The notes under the pieces: generated by a model | The model's input: the letters and a program-made list of their open reading frames with translations, nothing else | Told to the model about the DNA's origin: nothing | Database searches by the model: none | Made by a program: the position numbers and the translations under genes | Source of the DNA: Lepidodermella squamata | Taxonomy: Eukaryota > Animalia > Gastrotricha | Assembly: GCA_047495785.1 (NCBI GenBank) | Contig: JBLDXI010000031.1 | Location: forward strand, 1,302,001 to 1,366,000 | Reading direction: 5' to 3' | Length of the DNA stretch: 64,000 nucleotides | Shown here: piece by piece, positions 51,801-63,015 of the stretch | How positions within the stretch are numbered: the stretch's first letter is position 1 | Layout: each line of letters begins with the position of its first letter

Positions 51801-52162
51801 TCGCGCCACACTTGGTACTTTTTGCGCACGTAAGCATCACTTTCCGGCCAGTTGCGGATCATCTCTTCCTGGTACCGCTTCTTGTCCATTATCGTCAATT
51901 TCGGTTTATTAGTCAGTGTCGCGACGCTTTCCGGCGCCGCGGGTGGCGAATCAGCGCGGGGCAGGATGACGCGGTTCGGCGCCAGACCGGCTGGTTGGCC
52001 GAAAAACGAGCTCTTCCACGAATTCGAGTACATCTCAACAACCATAGGGTCGGCTCGGCTTCGACTATTCGATAGGAGAATGGCGAAAAATACGCAGTAT
52101 AACGCGACGGACAGCGCGTTTATCCGCCAAAACCACGATAATTGATGCCGGCTGAGTCGCAT
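45898..52162 (-). CDS. Astacin-family (M12A) zinc metalloprotease, about 348 aa, 3 exons
   Basis: Exons 52162-51763, 49044-48924 (absent from the ORF track) and 46423-45898. Motifs: W...VVPYEI, SCIRFV, GCFSHVG, HELMHVLGWFHEHSRPDRD, YDYHSVTHY, LSPGDV..L...Y.C. Hydrophobic N- and C-terminal segments. Confidence 0.88.
48122..48562 (+). mobile_element. 5'-truncated non-LTR retrotransposon fragment (RTE-like C-terminus downstream of RT) in an astacin intron
   Basis: RLNTIEYRWLRSIAGV..DYIPN.DIR...QRL..FGHI...PRGRPRTRW matches the RTE-clade post-RT region. Confidence 0.7.
49547..49711 (+). repeat. 40-bp direct repeat pair
   Basis: gcatggattgaagctactcgatgccgct(a/g)gatctaa(c/t)gcg occurs at 49547-49586 and 49672-49711. 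Confidence 0.85.
49846..49920 (+). repeat. 21-bp imperfect tandem repeat (TGTGGA...GGAA), about 3.5 copies
   Basis: tgtggataatctcggaagatt / tgtggacgaattcggaaaagt / tgtggacaatcttggaaaatc / tgtggaaaag. Confidence 0.6.
49977..50508 (+). repeat. About 140-150-bp direct duplication
   Basis: 49977-50129 and 50370-50508 are nearly identical, differing by one 14-bp indel and a few substitutions. Confidence 0.88.
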
Positions 52163-52700
52163 GGTTGATAAAAACGGATATTTCCGGGTGGAAATTCGGT
52201 AGAAAATACCGAAAATTTGATAAAATTTCGATAAAATTAACAAAAATTCAAAACAAAAATCTAAACAAATTAAAACAAAAATCGTCAATAAAAAGCGATA
52301 GATTAAATGAAAATATTGGAACGCTAAAATAGGAGAATAATAATATGTGAAAAAGACAAAGATCATAGTTGTTCAAATTTGAAAATCATTCCTGAGTGCA
52401 GAATAGCCGGCCGACACAACAGCTAATCGTCGTTAGGAGCCATGCAATAGAAAGGGCGCCCCTAGCGAGGTGACACAAAGCGCATCAAACATTTGAAGAC
52501 GATGAACTTTGAAATTTACAGCCGTCAACTTGACACGGAAAATTTTTTCGCCTCGTAATAAAAAAAGGCGAGCGAATTGAAGCGCGCGCTCACCTCGCCC
52601 GCGCGTGGATATTCGCTAAAGCGTCTCTCTCTATTGTGTTGCATCATAATATATCGCTATAAAGTCGCGTGCCTCGCTATTTCGGGTGTCCTCGTTATTT

Positions 52701-52790
52701 CAGGGTGGCCAAAAAAGGATTCCGCGGAAGAAGGATTCTTCAACTTCTTAAAACAGCTCATTAAATTGACGCGGCTTCTTGGTCACCCTA
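52701..52790. mobile_element. Short degenerate copy of the 7027-7206 MITE family
   Basis: Starts cagggtggccaaaaaa, contains ttcttcaacttcttaaaacagctcattaaattgacgcg (reverse complement of the left arm at about 7066-7103) and ends ggtcacccta. Confidence 0.65.
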
Positions 52791-54617
52791 TATGTCGCAT
52801 TCTATTGTGTCGAAATGTCGAATTTCAGAAATATTTTCCGAACTCCCAATTAATTTTCGAACTTTTGAAAAAAAATTTAAAAAAATAGGACAAAACGCAA
52901 ACGGTTCTTCAAAAGTAGCTTTTCGATTTCTAGAAAAATCGATGTTCCGACATTTAGGGCAGATATTCAAGCAGTCTTAAAAATCCCCAATTAAATTAGG
53001 AAAGACTCAAGACATCGCTTTCCGAATTTATATTGGATTTCCCAGGGAAAACTTGATTTTTTGTGTGCAGTTATAGCTGCTTATTTTTTTGCGATTTCAA
53101 ACTATAGAGTGAGAAATTTCGAAATATATTTCTGTAGTCACAAGTAGGAAACAACACAGCGTTCTCGGGATTTTTTGTAACGAATAAAGAGAAAATAAAT
53201 ATTTCTATAATTATCCAGCGGAATACCGGTGTCTCATGAGCAAATACATCTCAACAATGTGAGAAGAAAACAGAGGCGATAATATTGCAATATAAATAAT
53301 GAGACACCTTAAAACAGAGCAAAGTTGCTGCTTGATTGGTCAACAAAAAGTCGCAACAAGGCAGGCGACGCGATGTGACGAGTGGAAAATACTAATAAAA
53401 ATAATAACGCCATTGTTTGCATGCCAATTTTCATGCGGGCGGGCGGGAACAAACCGAAAAACGGTAACAATACGGCCGCGTCGTTTGGTTTTTCCATAAT
53501 ATTCAATAATAAATTATAATGAACAATGGGACACCACCTTTTTGCCGCCTATCTATCTATCACTCTCAGTGCCTCGATTGCGGCCGCCCGTGTGTTGTAA
53601 CATTGTGTTGCGCGTATTTACATTTATTACTACACTTTGCATATCGCATATGTTGACTTTACGCGCGTGTGCGCAATATTTTTCCGCCCCGAATGGTAAT
53701 AATGAGCGCGCTAATTATGTCACGCGGTGACTACGCATTATGGTATGAGGACTGACTGATGATGATCATCGCGCGCCTCCTTTGTGCCGCGTGTTTGAAC
53801 AAAGGCCAAAGGCCGCGCCGTTTCCTGATCGCCCGTCCGCGGTCTCCAACAGACGTGTCTGCGCAAACACATGCCGGACACACCGGATCACGTCATTACG
53901 GTAACAAAGTTGACCCTTCATATACCGAAAAATACCAAAAACGAATTCGAAAAAAACACATAAAAATATGAAATTTCCAAAATTCAAGAAATTTTAAAAT
54001 TGAAAATATAAATAAAACTACATCATGGTTTCGAAATTATAGCTGAATAGCATTTTTCCAGGCCGCGACAAAAATCAAGCTCTATCACATGCTCAGATAA
54101 CCCAATTTTTTGTAACTGTCACGAAGACACAAGTACCATCGCAATTTTTTTGTTTTTATCGATTTTTTTCAACAAATGTCTGCTAGTAAATTGCCTTCAT
54201 ATTATTACTAGGGAAATTTGTTATTTGATTAGAATAATGGAGTGGCTATTGGTGCATAGTTTTGCATTACTTTTTGTCAATATTTTCATTCGAGTCTTTT
54301 TTATCAAGTATTTTTTGTCGGCTCATAGCTGACCATCACAGTTCGAACCACGATGGATGAAAATGGGAAAATAGAAAATTTAAGGTGGCTGGTATTACCC
54401 AACAAACTTTAATGGAGACAATTAGGATTAAAACCTTTCGAGCAGCAAACAGCCTCGATTTTTCGCTAAATTACACACCTAAAAATACACGAAATTTCTG
54501 TCAAAATAAGACATTTAGGTCTAACATTAATCCATAAAGTCAGGCTCATTTTTATTCCATTTTTTTCTTTTGGTAAAATATTTTTATTGAAAAAATTCGA
54601 TCACAACAAAAGACCAA

Positions 54618-57600
54618 TCAGACCAGAATAGGCCCTTTCACGCCAAGACTAGATTCGAGCTTCTCATCGGCGATAATGGATTTTTGAGCAAGTTCAGCTT
54701 CGCGTTTCCGGTCGTCGATCACGTCGAGCCAGTGGCGAATTTTCTGCTTCAGCGGGTCGATGCCTAGCCCGGTTTTGCAGGAAATCGGTAGAATTTCAGA
54801 AAAATCGACCAACTGCCGGGGTCGAACTTCTTCCGGCAATTGATTCATCGACTCGGGTAAAGCGGCTAACATCTCTTTCAGCTTACCAAATTGCAAATCG
54901 GAATCTGGTTAAGAAAACAAAATTGATCAATTTACCTGATAAAAGGCAACTAATTCTCTATTCATCAGGTTTTTTCCTAAATTTCGATTAAATTTTGGAA
55001 GAAATCATAATCTCATATATATGTTAATATCCGCGGCGAAATTCCTCCCAAAAATTAAGCTGGGAAAAATCCGAGCGCTATCACTCGTTACACCTCGACA
55101 CCTAATTACCCACCTAATTAGCCACTTTCCAAGATGAAATAATTTCGCGCCATCCCAAAAATTCGATAAGTATTGTCATAAAGTTGATGACACGCAATCG
55201 GACAAGGTGCTCCAATTACTTGTGCGATTATTAATAATTGCGATATTATAACGCGTGATTCAACATACCAAAAATAGGTCACTAAAGCAATACACTTGTC
55301 AGAACAAATTTAGCTTAGAATTGTTCACCACAGGTTACCGCGAGACGGCTGTCCGTCACCGGCCTGGGATAAGTCTAGGTAGGTAAAACGAACCACCTGG
55401 AAAATGCGGGGGAATTCGAGTATATTAAACCACCGGCGATGACAAATTTCCACCATTCAACTCGTCTGACTTTGATCAAATTTCGAAATTTCGAATATTC
55501 CATATTCATAATGTACATTTTGGTTGCTTCATTTTTCGCATTAATTCTCGCGATGACTTCAATTGACACCATTTCGGCCAGTCCAGTTTCGATAAATTCA
55601 GCCAAATTGGCAAACAATAACGCCGATAAGGACGACAATACTACACTACGTAAGTTTCTTCAGACATTTTTTTATTCAATCGTTAAATTTGTACGAAAAT
55701 CAGAAAATCGAAACTTGGAATAAGCTACATTCGAAATTCTAAACATTTTTCGAAAAGAATCAAGGAAACTTGTCCTTTTAAAAATTATATTTAATGTTTT
55801 CATTTTTTGGGATTAAATGGCGAATAATTTTGACGATTAATGTCTTCCCGATTTTATTTTCATATATTCATATTATTTCTCTCTTTTCCAAATAGGGCGG
55901 AACGTTGCGAATTTGGTAAAAAGAAGCGATGTGGCTCAATTGGCGCAACTTATCCACGCGGCAAGGCAGCAACGCCAGCGAAATCGCATGAGCAAATGCG
56001 TAGCTACCCTCGGCTCTTGGGCGATTTGCAACCAATCTGTTAGTTTCTACATCTGGGCGCAACTGCTGGCCCGCGAAATTCTAGCCGGAAATTAGCCAGA
56101 TTTATTGTTCAAATTAGGTATCAAAAATATTATTGTACTCGTCAATTATATTAATAACGAAATAAAAATAGCAGGATAGTCAAACAAATCTTGATTACAA
56201 GTTTCCGTTCCCGATAATTTCGTCCTATTTTAATTACTAATTCCGAAAATTGCCACTCTAAATTTGCGGATTGCATGTATTCAGGCACATTTTTATACAA
56301 ATAATTTAGAACGCCTTTGCGAGATTTTTAGTTTCGCGTTTTTCCGACTACGCGCTATAACAGGCGTGAAACATCAAGTTTGGAAATCTGCGGTAAATTC
56401 GGTGTCCTTCTGCGTCATTTCGTCACTCACGTGATCATGACTGACCATGACTTGGGATGTACTAAATACCGGCGTATCGATTTTGAAGGCAGAACAAGCA
56501 TGCCACACCAAATCTGTTTCGAGCAGCGCTGTACGTTAGTTTTTAATTCCTTCAAGCGGCGGCATAAGATTGACCGAGCTTTCTCGGCATGCAGCACCAA
56601 GCTGCAACTATTCGCCCGTAGGTTCTCAATTTCCGCTACACAGCTGGCCGCCAATGGGGCCTTTACTATTAGTATTTCTACTTTCGAGCCTCTTAATCAT
56701 CATTCGATGGGTTTTTTCGTTTGATCCTATTCAGTCAGTTTTTTTCCTGATGAAATTGTCTGATGAAATTATCGTCGGCCAAAGCCTCAGTGCTCAAGAA
56801 GCGCTCAAAGCAGCCGTCGATTCGGCGGAGCAGGAGATCGATAGACCATGTTGTAATCTGTTTCGATACGACGAAGGTCGTGCTTCTGACGCGGAGCAAT
56901 ATTATAATACCATAACTGAATGCGAATTCTGGCGTTTTATTAGCCTTATAAAAAACGAAGACCTTCGAGTTGGCGGTGAGTGCCTGCAGCAAGATTTGGG
57001 CAAGAAAATACGCCTAACCAACAATGCTGCTGTTGGCAATGAACATCAGTTAGCCACACTTTTCGCGGAATTGGCACTCGACTTAAAGCGCCCTATCAAA
57101 TTCATTGACTCGGTATCCCTAACTCAGGCTAATTTGTATTGATAATTGAGGCTAATCCTAATCAAGTAATAAATATGTTGAGCCAAGTACAGGTGTAGTA
57201 AATGCGTAATTTTGAAGTAGTCCGATGAGCTTCTTCCGAACAACAAAACAATTTCGCTTGTCCGAAGTCGCCAACTCGAAGCACCCGGGTTTACGAGCAG
57301 CGGATTTCGCACGCATGTTGACTTTGTTCTTGACCACCTATGAATAGCGAATTTCCATACTCGACTCTGAAAGCGATCAAAAGCACAGGTCGATCTAGGC
57401 TGACGAATGTCAATCTCAATGATTGCGCGGACCCAAGGGTCCAGTTGTCGCTCAGCGACATGTCTACACCATGTTCGCTTCTTAGATATTAATCATTAAA
57501 ATGTCCGCCCCAGAGGCAAAAACAGAGACAGCACAGGAGGCTTACCTTTGAAATTGACAGTCAAAACTGATTGGCTATTCAAAGAATATAACAAAGAAAT

Positions 57601-58916
57601 AGACCAACCTAATTTTTCACACACCGTAAAATTTCAACCTCGAAATTTTGCAAAGTTGAAAAAATATTTGCAAAGGAGAATCGTTCATTTTTTATGTTTT
57701 TGAACCGACTTGAACCCTCAACTCTGAGCTATTATTAGGGATGGGCGATTATTAGAGCAAATAAGGTACTCTATTACTCCCTCTTTTCAGTTCCTCAATT
57801 TTGCAAGACATCGAATCGATGAAATTATGCGTTTTCTTAGAGATTTATGATGAAGAAAACTTGGATTGGCATGCGAGACTCCTGGCGTGGCACTTTTCTT
57901 GCACAGGAGCCAAAAACTTTTGAGAAACACTCAGAAAATAATTCTGGAAAATTCGCTTTCATCGGCAATTTTTGTTGCAATAACCCAGAATATCATCGAT
58001 ATTTACAGCGGTTAAACCGGTTAAGCATCCGAGAGACAGAAACCCACGAAAACTGTAATTAAATCAGGAAAAATATAAAATTACCTGGAAGATCCATTTT
58101 ATTGACAGCCAACAGACTAGTTTTGCCAACCAGCGCCGCGTTATACCGCTCCAGCTCGCTGTTCAGCAGCAGAATCGTCTCGAAGGCACTGCGAAACGGG
58201 TCATTGCCACTCAACTGGAACCCGTTAATGCCAACAACAAACAGCAACAACTGCGTCCGCTCGATGTGTTTCAAAAACGAGTAGCCCAAGCCCTTATTCA
58301 CATGGGCACCCTCGATAAGGCCAGGCAGATCGGCGACACTGATTTGCCGCGAATCTTCATACGAAATTTGACCTAGTTGCGGACGAATTGTCGTGAAGGG
58401 GAATGACGCTATTCTAGGCCTAGCTCGAGATAACGCCGATAGCAGCGAAGATTTGCCAGCATTTGGGAACCCGACCAGCCCAACATCGGCCAATAGCCTC
58501 AAATCGATCGAAACCACTCGAGTTTCGCCCTTTTTACCCGCAAAACCCGTCCCAGGGCACCCGCCTGGCCCTCCTTTGGCCAGATATGCCTTTTCACCTG
58601 GTTTATCGAGTTCGGCCAGAATTTCCCCGTTTTCGTCACGGATGACAACACCCGGCGGGAGGTAAACCTGTAGATCAGGCGCGTCTTTGCCTTTCAGCGC
58701 GAATTTCAGGCTTTTCTCGCCCTGTTTGCCGATGAGGCGTAAATTAGGCGCATCGTGTTTGAGTTTGCCGAGCGAGGCGTTTTCGCGGCACACCGCCAGG
58801 ATGTTCGAACCGCGGCCGCCGTGGCCGCCCATTGCCGGCAGACCGTGACCGCCCGGGCCGCCGCGAACGTAGAGCTGCAGGCTGTCAAACACCAGTTGTT
58901 TCACTTTTTTATTCAT
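54618..58916 (-). CDS. GTPBP10: Obg-family GTPase, GTP-binding protein 10 (mitoribosome assembly), about 372 aa, 2 exons
   Basis: Exons 58916-58085 and 54904-54618 join in phase 1. Gly-rich Obg fold, G1 VGLVGFPNAGKSS, G2 PFTTIRP, G3 ADLPGLIEGAH, G4 NKMD, G5 PISCK. The start codon is uncertain. Confidence 0.88.
55511..56095 (+). CDS. Candidate secreted peptide (neuropeptide/prohormone) precursor, about 112 aa, nested antisense in the GTPBP10 intron
   Basis: Exons 55511-55649 (donor GTAAGT) and 55896-56095 (pyrimidine tract plus ATAG acceptor) join in frame: MYILVASFFALILAMTSIDTISA-SPVSINSAKLANNNADKDDNTTL-RR-NVANLV-KR-SDVAQLAQLIHAARQQRQRNRMSKCVATLGSWAICNQSVSFYIWAQLLAREILAGN. Confidence 0.6.
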
Positions 58917-59868
58917 TGATTTTTCATTCAAACCCAAATTAGCTAAAACCTAGAATTTTAGAATTAATACAGGCAATAAAATTCATTTTCCAAGATGATT
59001 TTCCTGTAAAAAAATGTGTAAGTTTTCCATTCTTAACCGCTTTACTTGTAGAGTTCACGATCGTTAAAAATGTCAGCTCGAAAATAAGAGATGTCTAGAA
59101 AAATGAAGAGGGAGTTGCTCGGAGGTTGTCCAAATTCGTGAAAATTAAATTGCTAAACTCTAAAATATTCCATTTACTAAAAATTACCCAGTTACTTGAA
59201 CTTTTATGGACAATTTTTAACAAAGTTAAGCAACAAAATTGCCTAACCAAATTGTCCTGTTGCGGAACAAAATTAAAAAAAAGTATAATTTTTTTAATAA
59301 TTGATAAGATCATGGACAAGGCTCTCATATTTATGACAGGGCACTATACAGAATTTTTTGGAATCGCACCTAATTTTTTGGATAATTTATTTGGATTTCT
59401 ATTAATTATTCGTAATATTTCCAAAAATCTTGAAAATTCATTTTTCACGGCCTTACTCATTCAAAAAGGTTCTGATTCGGCTCCGCAACAGGTAAATTTC
59501 GTCCCGCTAAAACTTTCACTGAACGAGGTGAAAAAATGCTGATTTTTATTTGAAATTTCAGTTGCACAGAGAAAAAATGTAGGTATTAGAAAATAATTGT
59601 CCTGATTCATCAAAAGGGGAAAAAACGTTCATAACATAGATCAATCAATTTTCGAGGTGACTTTTTAACGATTTGAACTATCTCTGGAATTCGAAATGCT
59701 TTCACAGCCGTACAATATAAATAGTGTTTATTTCGCGTTTGTCTTCATCAAATTCGGCAGTAAATGTCTGCTAGGTATATTTTCAAAAAGCGAGGATCAG
59801 TGATTTCGAACAAAATAACAACGACTACGATAATTTTTTCAATCACCAAAGAAAATATCAAGTATTAT

Positions 59869-61415
59869 TTAATCGACAAAATACGCTGAATCGATACGGC
59901 CGAAACCGGCTGCAACGCCAGATTCATTCACGCCATCGGGTTTCGACCTCAACAGGTATCCAAGTGCTTCGTTCTGCACCATTGCACCGTCGGCAACAAT
60001 AAAACCACCGTAAATGCCCAATTCGGACGAGAAACGGCCGAAAACCGGCTGCTCAGCTGATTCATTCGGGGAAATCGAGACATTTTCGTAGGTTGGCGGT
60101 CGGATGATTCCCATTAAAATAAAATTCTGCCTCTCTGGCTTGTTTTTCATGTCATTCAACGCCTTGGCGATTTCAGCGCCGAAATAATTGTGACCACCGC
60201 CTTCTTGCATAGGTTTAAGCACGAAATCGTCGAATTTTTCGAGGCCTAATTGAACGGCTTTATCGCCAGATTCGTCGAATTCCAGGCCAAGAAGGTCCGC
60301 AAAAGTAGCCTTCATTTTCGTCGCTTTTTCTCCCGAAATTCCGAATTTTTCCAATAGACCCGGTTTCGCAATAATCTGCTGAATTTTTTTGTAATTCGCC
60401 AACTGATGCGCGACACATGGCGCCTTAACAGCTCGGCTCAATTCGATAGGTCTCCGAACCAACTCCCAATCACCGGCTGCGAAGTCGTAATCAGTTTCGT
60501 TATAACCGGTTCGGTAGTAAACTGCTGATATTTCGTGGCCTTCGACGAGTAAACGGCCCGATTTTTTAACCTCATCCTGGTCGATAGCCGTCCGTAACTC
60601 GGCCATCGATCTACGAATTGTTTTCACGTTAGATTCGAGAATGCCCAGCTCGATCCAACGCTGGTCGAAAATGTTTCGTGACGGCGAATCGGCGACGATT
60701 AAAACCAAAGTGTTTTCGACTGAGTACATTTTTTCGTAAGCTTTCGAAGCTGCTACCACAGTTCTGGCCAGGCCTTTGCCAGGCTCATTTGGCGAATCGT
60801 TCAGAGGCGAGGTATCTTGATGTAACAACCGTCCTAATAAGAATTTGTGCCATTTGTTGACAATAGCTTCGAGTGGGCCGAAGGAAACTGCGATCATGTT
60901 GTACTCGACTTGTTTGATTGATAGCTCTTCTTTATTTTGATGTAACATGTAGTCGTTTCGAGTAGTTCCCATGTATAGTCGTGGCTTTGTCGAGTCGTTT
61001 TTGTAGACATCTTCATATAAATCCCACAAGTTTCGAGTGAAAGGGTCAGTATCGATGATGTATTTCAACGAAGAATGAAGGAATTCACGGTCCAACGACA
61101 TTTTATGGACCAAAATCTGTGAATAAAATAATCAAACAATTCGCACAGCGACTGATTCAAACTTACATGGAAATCTTCCTGAATTGATAATACTAGGTCG
61201 AAAAGCCGTCTTGGAAACGGAGATGGAAACAGCAAGAATGGAACATGTGATACCACATCGCTCGAGTTCGGTTTGGCGGAAGTTCTCATGAGACCGCCGT
61301 GCATCGTGACATAATCTTTGGCAAATAACGCCTTGTCCCTCAGTTCTTGCTGGGAAATCTTCACCGGAGACTTCAGCGGAAGAGGTACTTCCTTTGAATT
61401 ATTATTTTCCGCCAT
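59869..61415 (-). CDS. GSS: Eukaryotic glutathione synthetase, about 498 aa, 2 exons
   Basis: Exons 61415-61167 and 61116-59869. Motifs: PFLLFPSPFPR, RNDYM, KQVEYNMIAVSF, RNIFDQ, YYRTGY, FVLKPMQEGGGHN, SELGIYG, GYLLRSK...ESGVAAG. Confidence 0.95.
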
Positions 61416-61478
61416 TTTTAAGCTTCTAAAAAAGTTCAAATGGATAATGAGAACAAACTAATAGCTTATTAAAAACAA

Positions 61479-62295
61479 TCATCGCGAGCCAAAGATTAAA
61501 CTTCCAACTCTAACGTTAGTAGCACCTTGAGTGATTGCAACTTCGAAGTCGGACGACATCTACGTGAAAATATTTGAGAGATTTAAAGCTTTGAAAGATA
61601 GTGAGTCCACTTACCCCCATGCTAAGCTCCAAACTTTTAGAAAATTCGTCGTTGCTATAGTGTTGACAAAGCTTGTCTTTTAGAGAGGCGAGTAGAGCAA
61701 AATCAGGGTTGAATCCGGTCTCAATGCATTTGCTACTATTGGCAGTGCTTCCAATTGTCATCAGTCCAGATAACTCAAGACTAGGGCAGTTTTTGCGAAT
61801 AAAATCTGCGATTTCTATGACCTTGTCAGGTTCGCAGCCACTTTTAGTATCTTCATCGTCGAATGAAGTGTTGACTTGGAGAAATATTTTTAGCTTCTGA
61901 TCAGCGGCATTTGGTCTCTTGATCCAAGCGTCATTGAGCTTCTTCGCATGACTCGATTCAGAGAGAGTTTCAATTACGAATAGGTTTGGTACTTCAGAGA
62001 GAATTTTGATCTTATTAGACTGAAGGCGACCGATGAAATGCCAACGGATGTCAGGGCATGCCGCTTGAAGCTTGGGATCTTTCGATTTTGTAACAAGCTC
62101 TTGGATGTAATTCTCACCAAAATGTCGAGCTCCACAGCTATATGCTTCAATTAAATCTTCAATGGGCTTCGTTTTACTGACACAGACAAGTCTTGGCTGA
62201 GTGGAAACGGCGATCTGACATTTAGCGCTGGCGACTCTAATCCTCTCCAAAACAGAAGCTAATCTTGAATTCATGCCACTCGATGAAGCTTCCAT
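61479..62295 (-). CDS. PLPBP: Pyridoxal phosphate homeostasis protein (PROSC/YggS family), about 253 aa, 2 exons
   Basis: Exons 62295-61615 and 61559-61479. Motifs: PRLVCVSKTKP, FGENYIQEL, WHFIGRLQSNK, LQVNTS, GLMTIG, LSMG|MSSDFEVAI..GATNVRVGS.IFG.R. Confidence 0.95.
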
Positions 62296-63015
62296 GAAAT
62301 CAAAGCATTCAAACTCTGCCTTGAATTGCAAACAGGGAGTAGAAAAAACAGAACAGACAACCTCAGTTCCCAAAAGAGTTCCTAAAACCGAAAACGGGTC
62401 AAGTTCCTTCGGACTGTCACAACATAGCGCCTTTGCGCGGGCAATTCGAATATTTTCAAGGACGAAACATATCGTTGTTAAAATATTTCAAGTAAAAGTT
62501 GCAAATTACTATTCCAATATTTTGTTATTAATGACCTTGACGTATGAATGCGCGGCAAAGCTGCGGGCTTGTATTGATGATTCAGAAGGGGTTCTTTGGG
62601 GAATGCTGAGTCGACGAAAGAAGTGCGCGGCTCATTTGTGAGTACTGGGCTATGCTTGGCTCAAAGTAAATGCACGGTACATTATGCATGGTTTTCATTT
62701 AACGTGCGCGGTGCCGCGCTCAAATATGTTCACAGTGGCATGTGGTTTTTTTTATTGAATCGCCCTTGGCATCTTTCATAATTCCTTGGCCGGCTAATAA
62801 GAATTTTTAAACGTGACCGTTTTTTGCCGCAAAAGACGCATTGTTGATTGTTGATACGCTTTTTGCTTTGGATAAATGCTAAAATTAACACTTCAATTTT
62901 ACCTAGTATTTCACTATTATCTCTCTCCTCCCATCTTACTCCTTATTACCATGGCGGATTCTTATTACAATGACCCAATTATTTTTGTAGGTGTGGCAAT
63001 CACTTAACCCGAGCA

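Noticed and set aside
56380-57142. 190-aa and overlapping ORFs in the GTPBP10 intron
   Set aside because: The 190-aa ORF starts at a non-ATG codon, and none has recognisable motifs or a convincing exon structure. It may be a TE remnant or unknown exon and needs a homology search.
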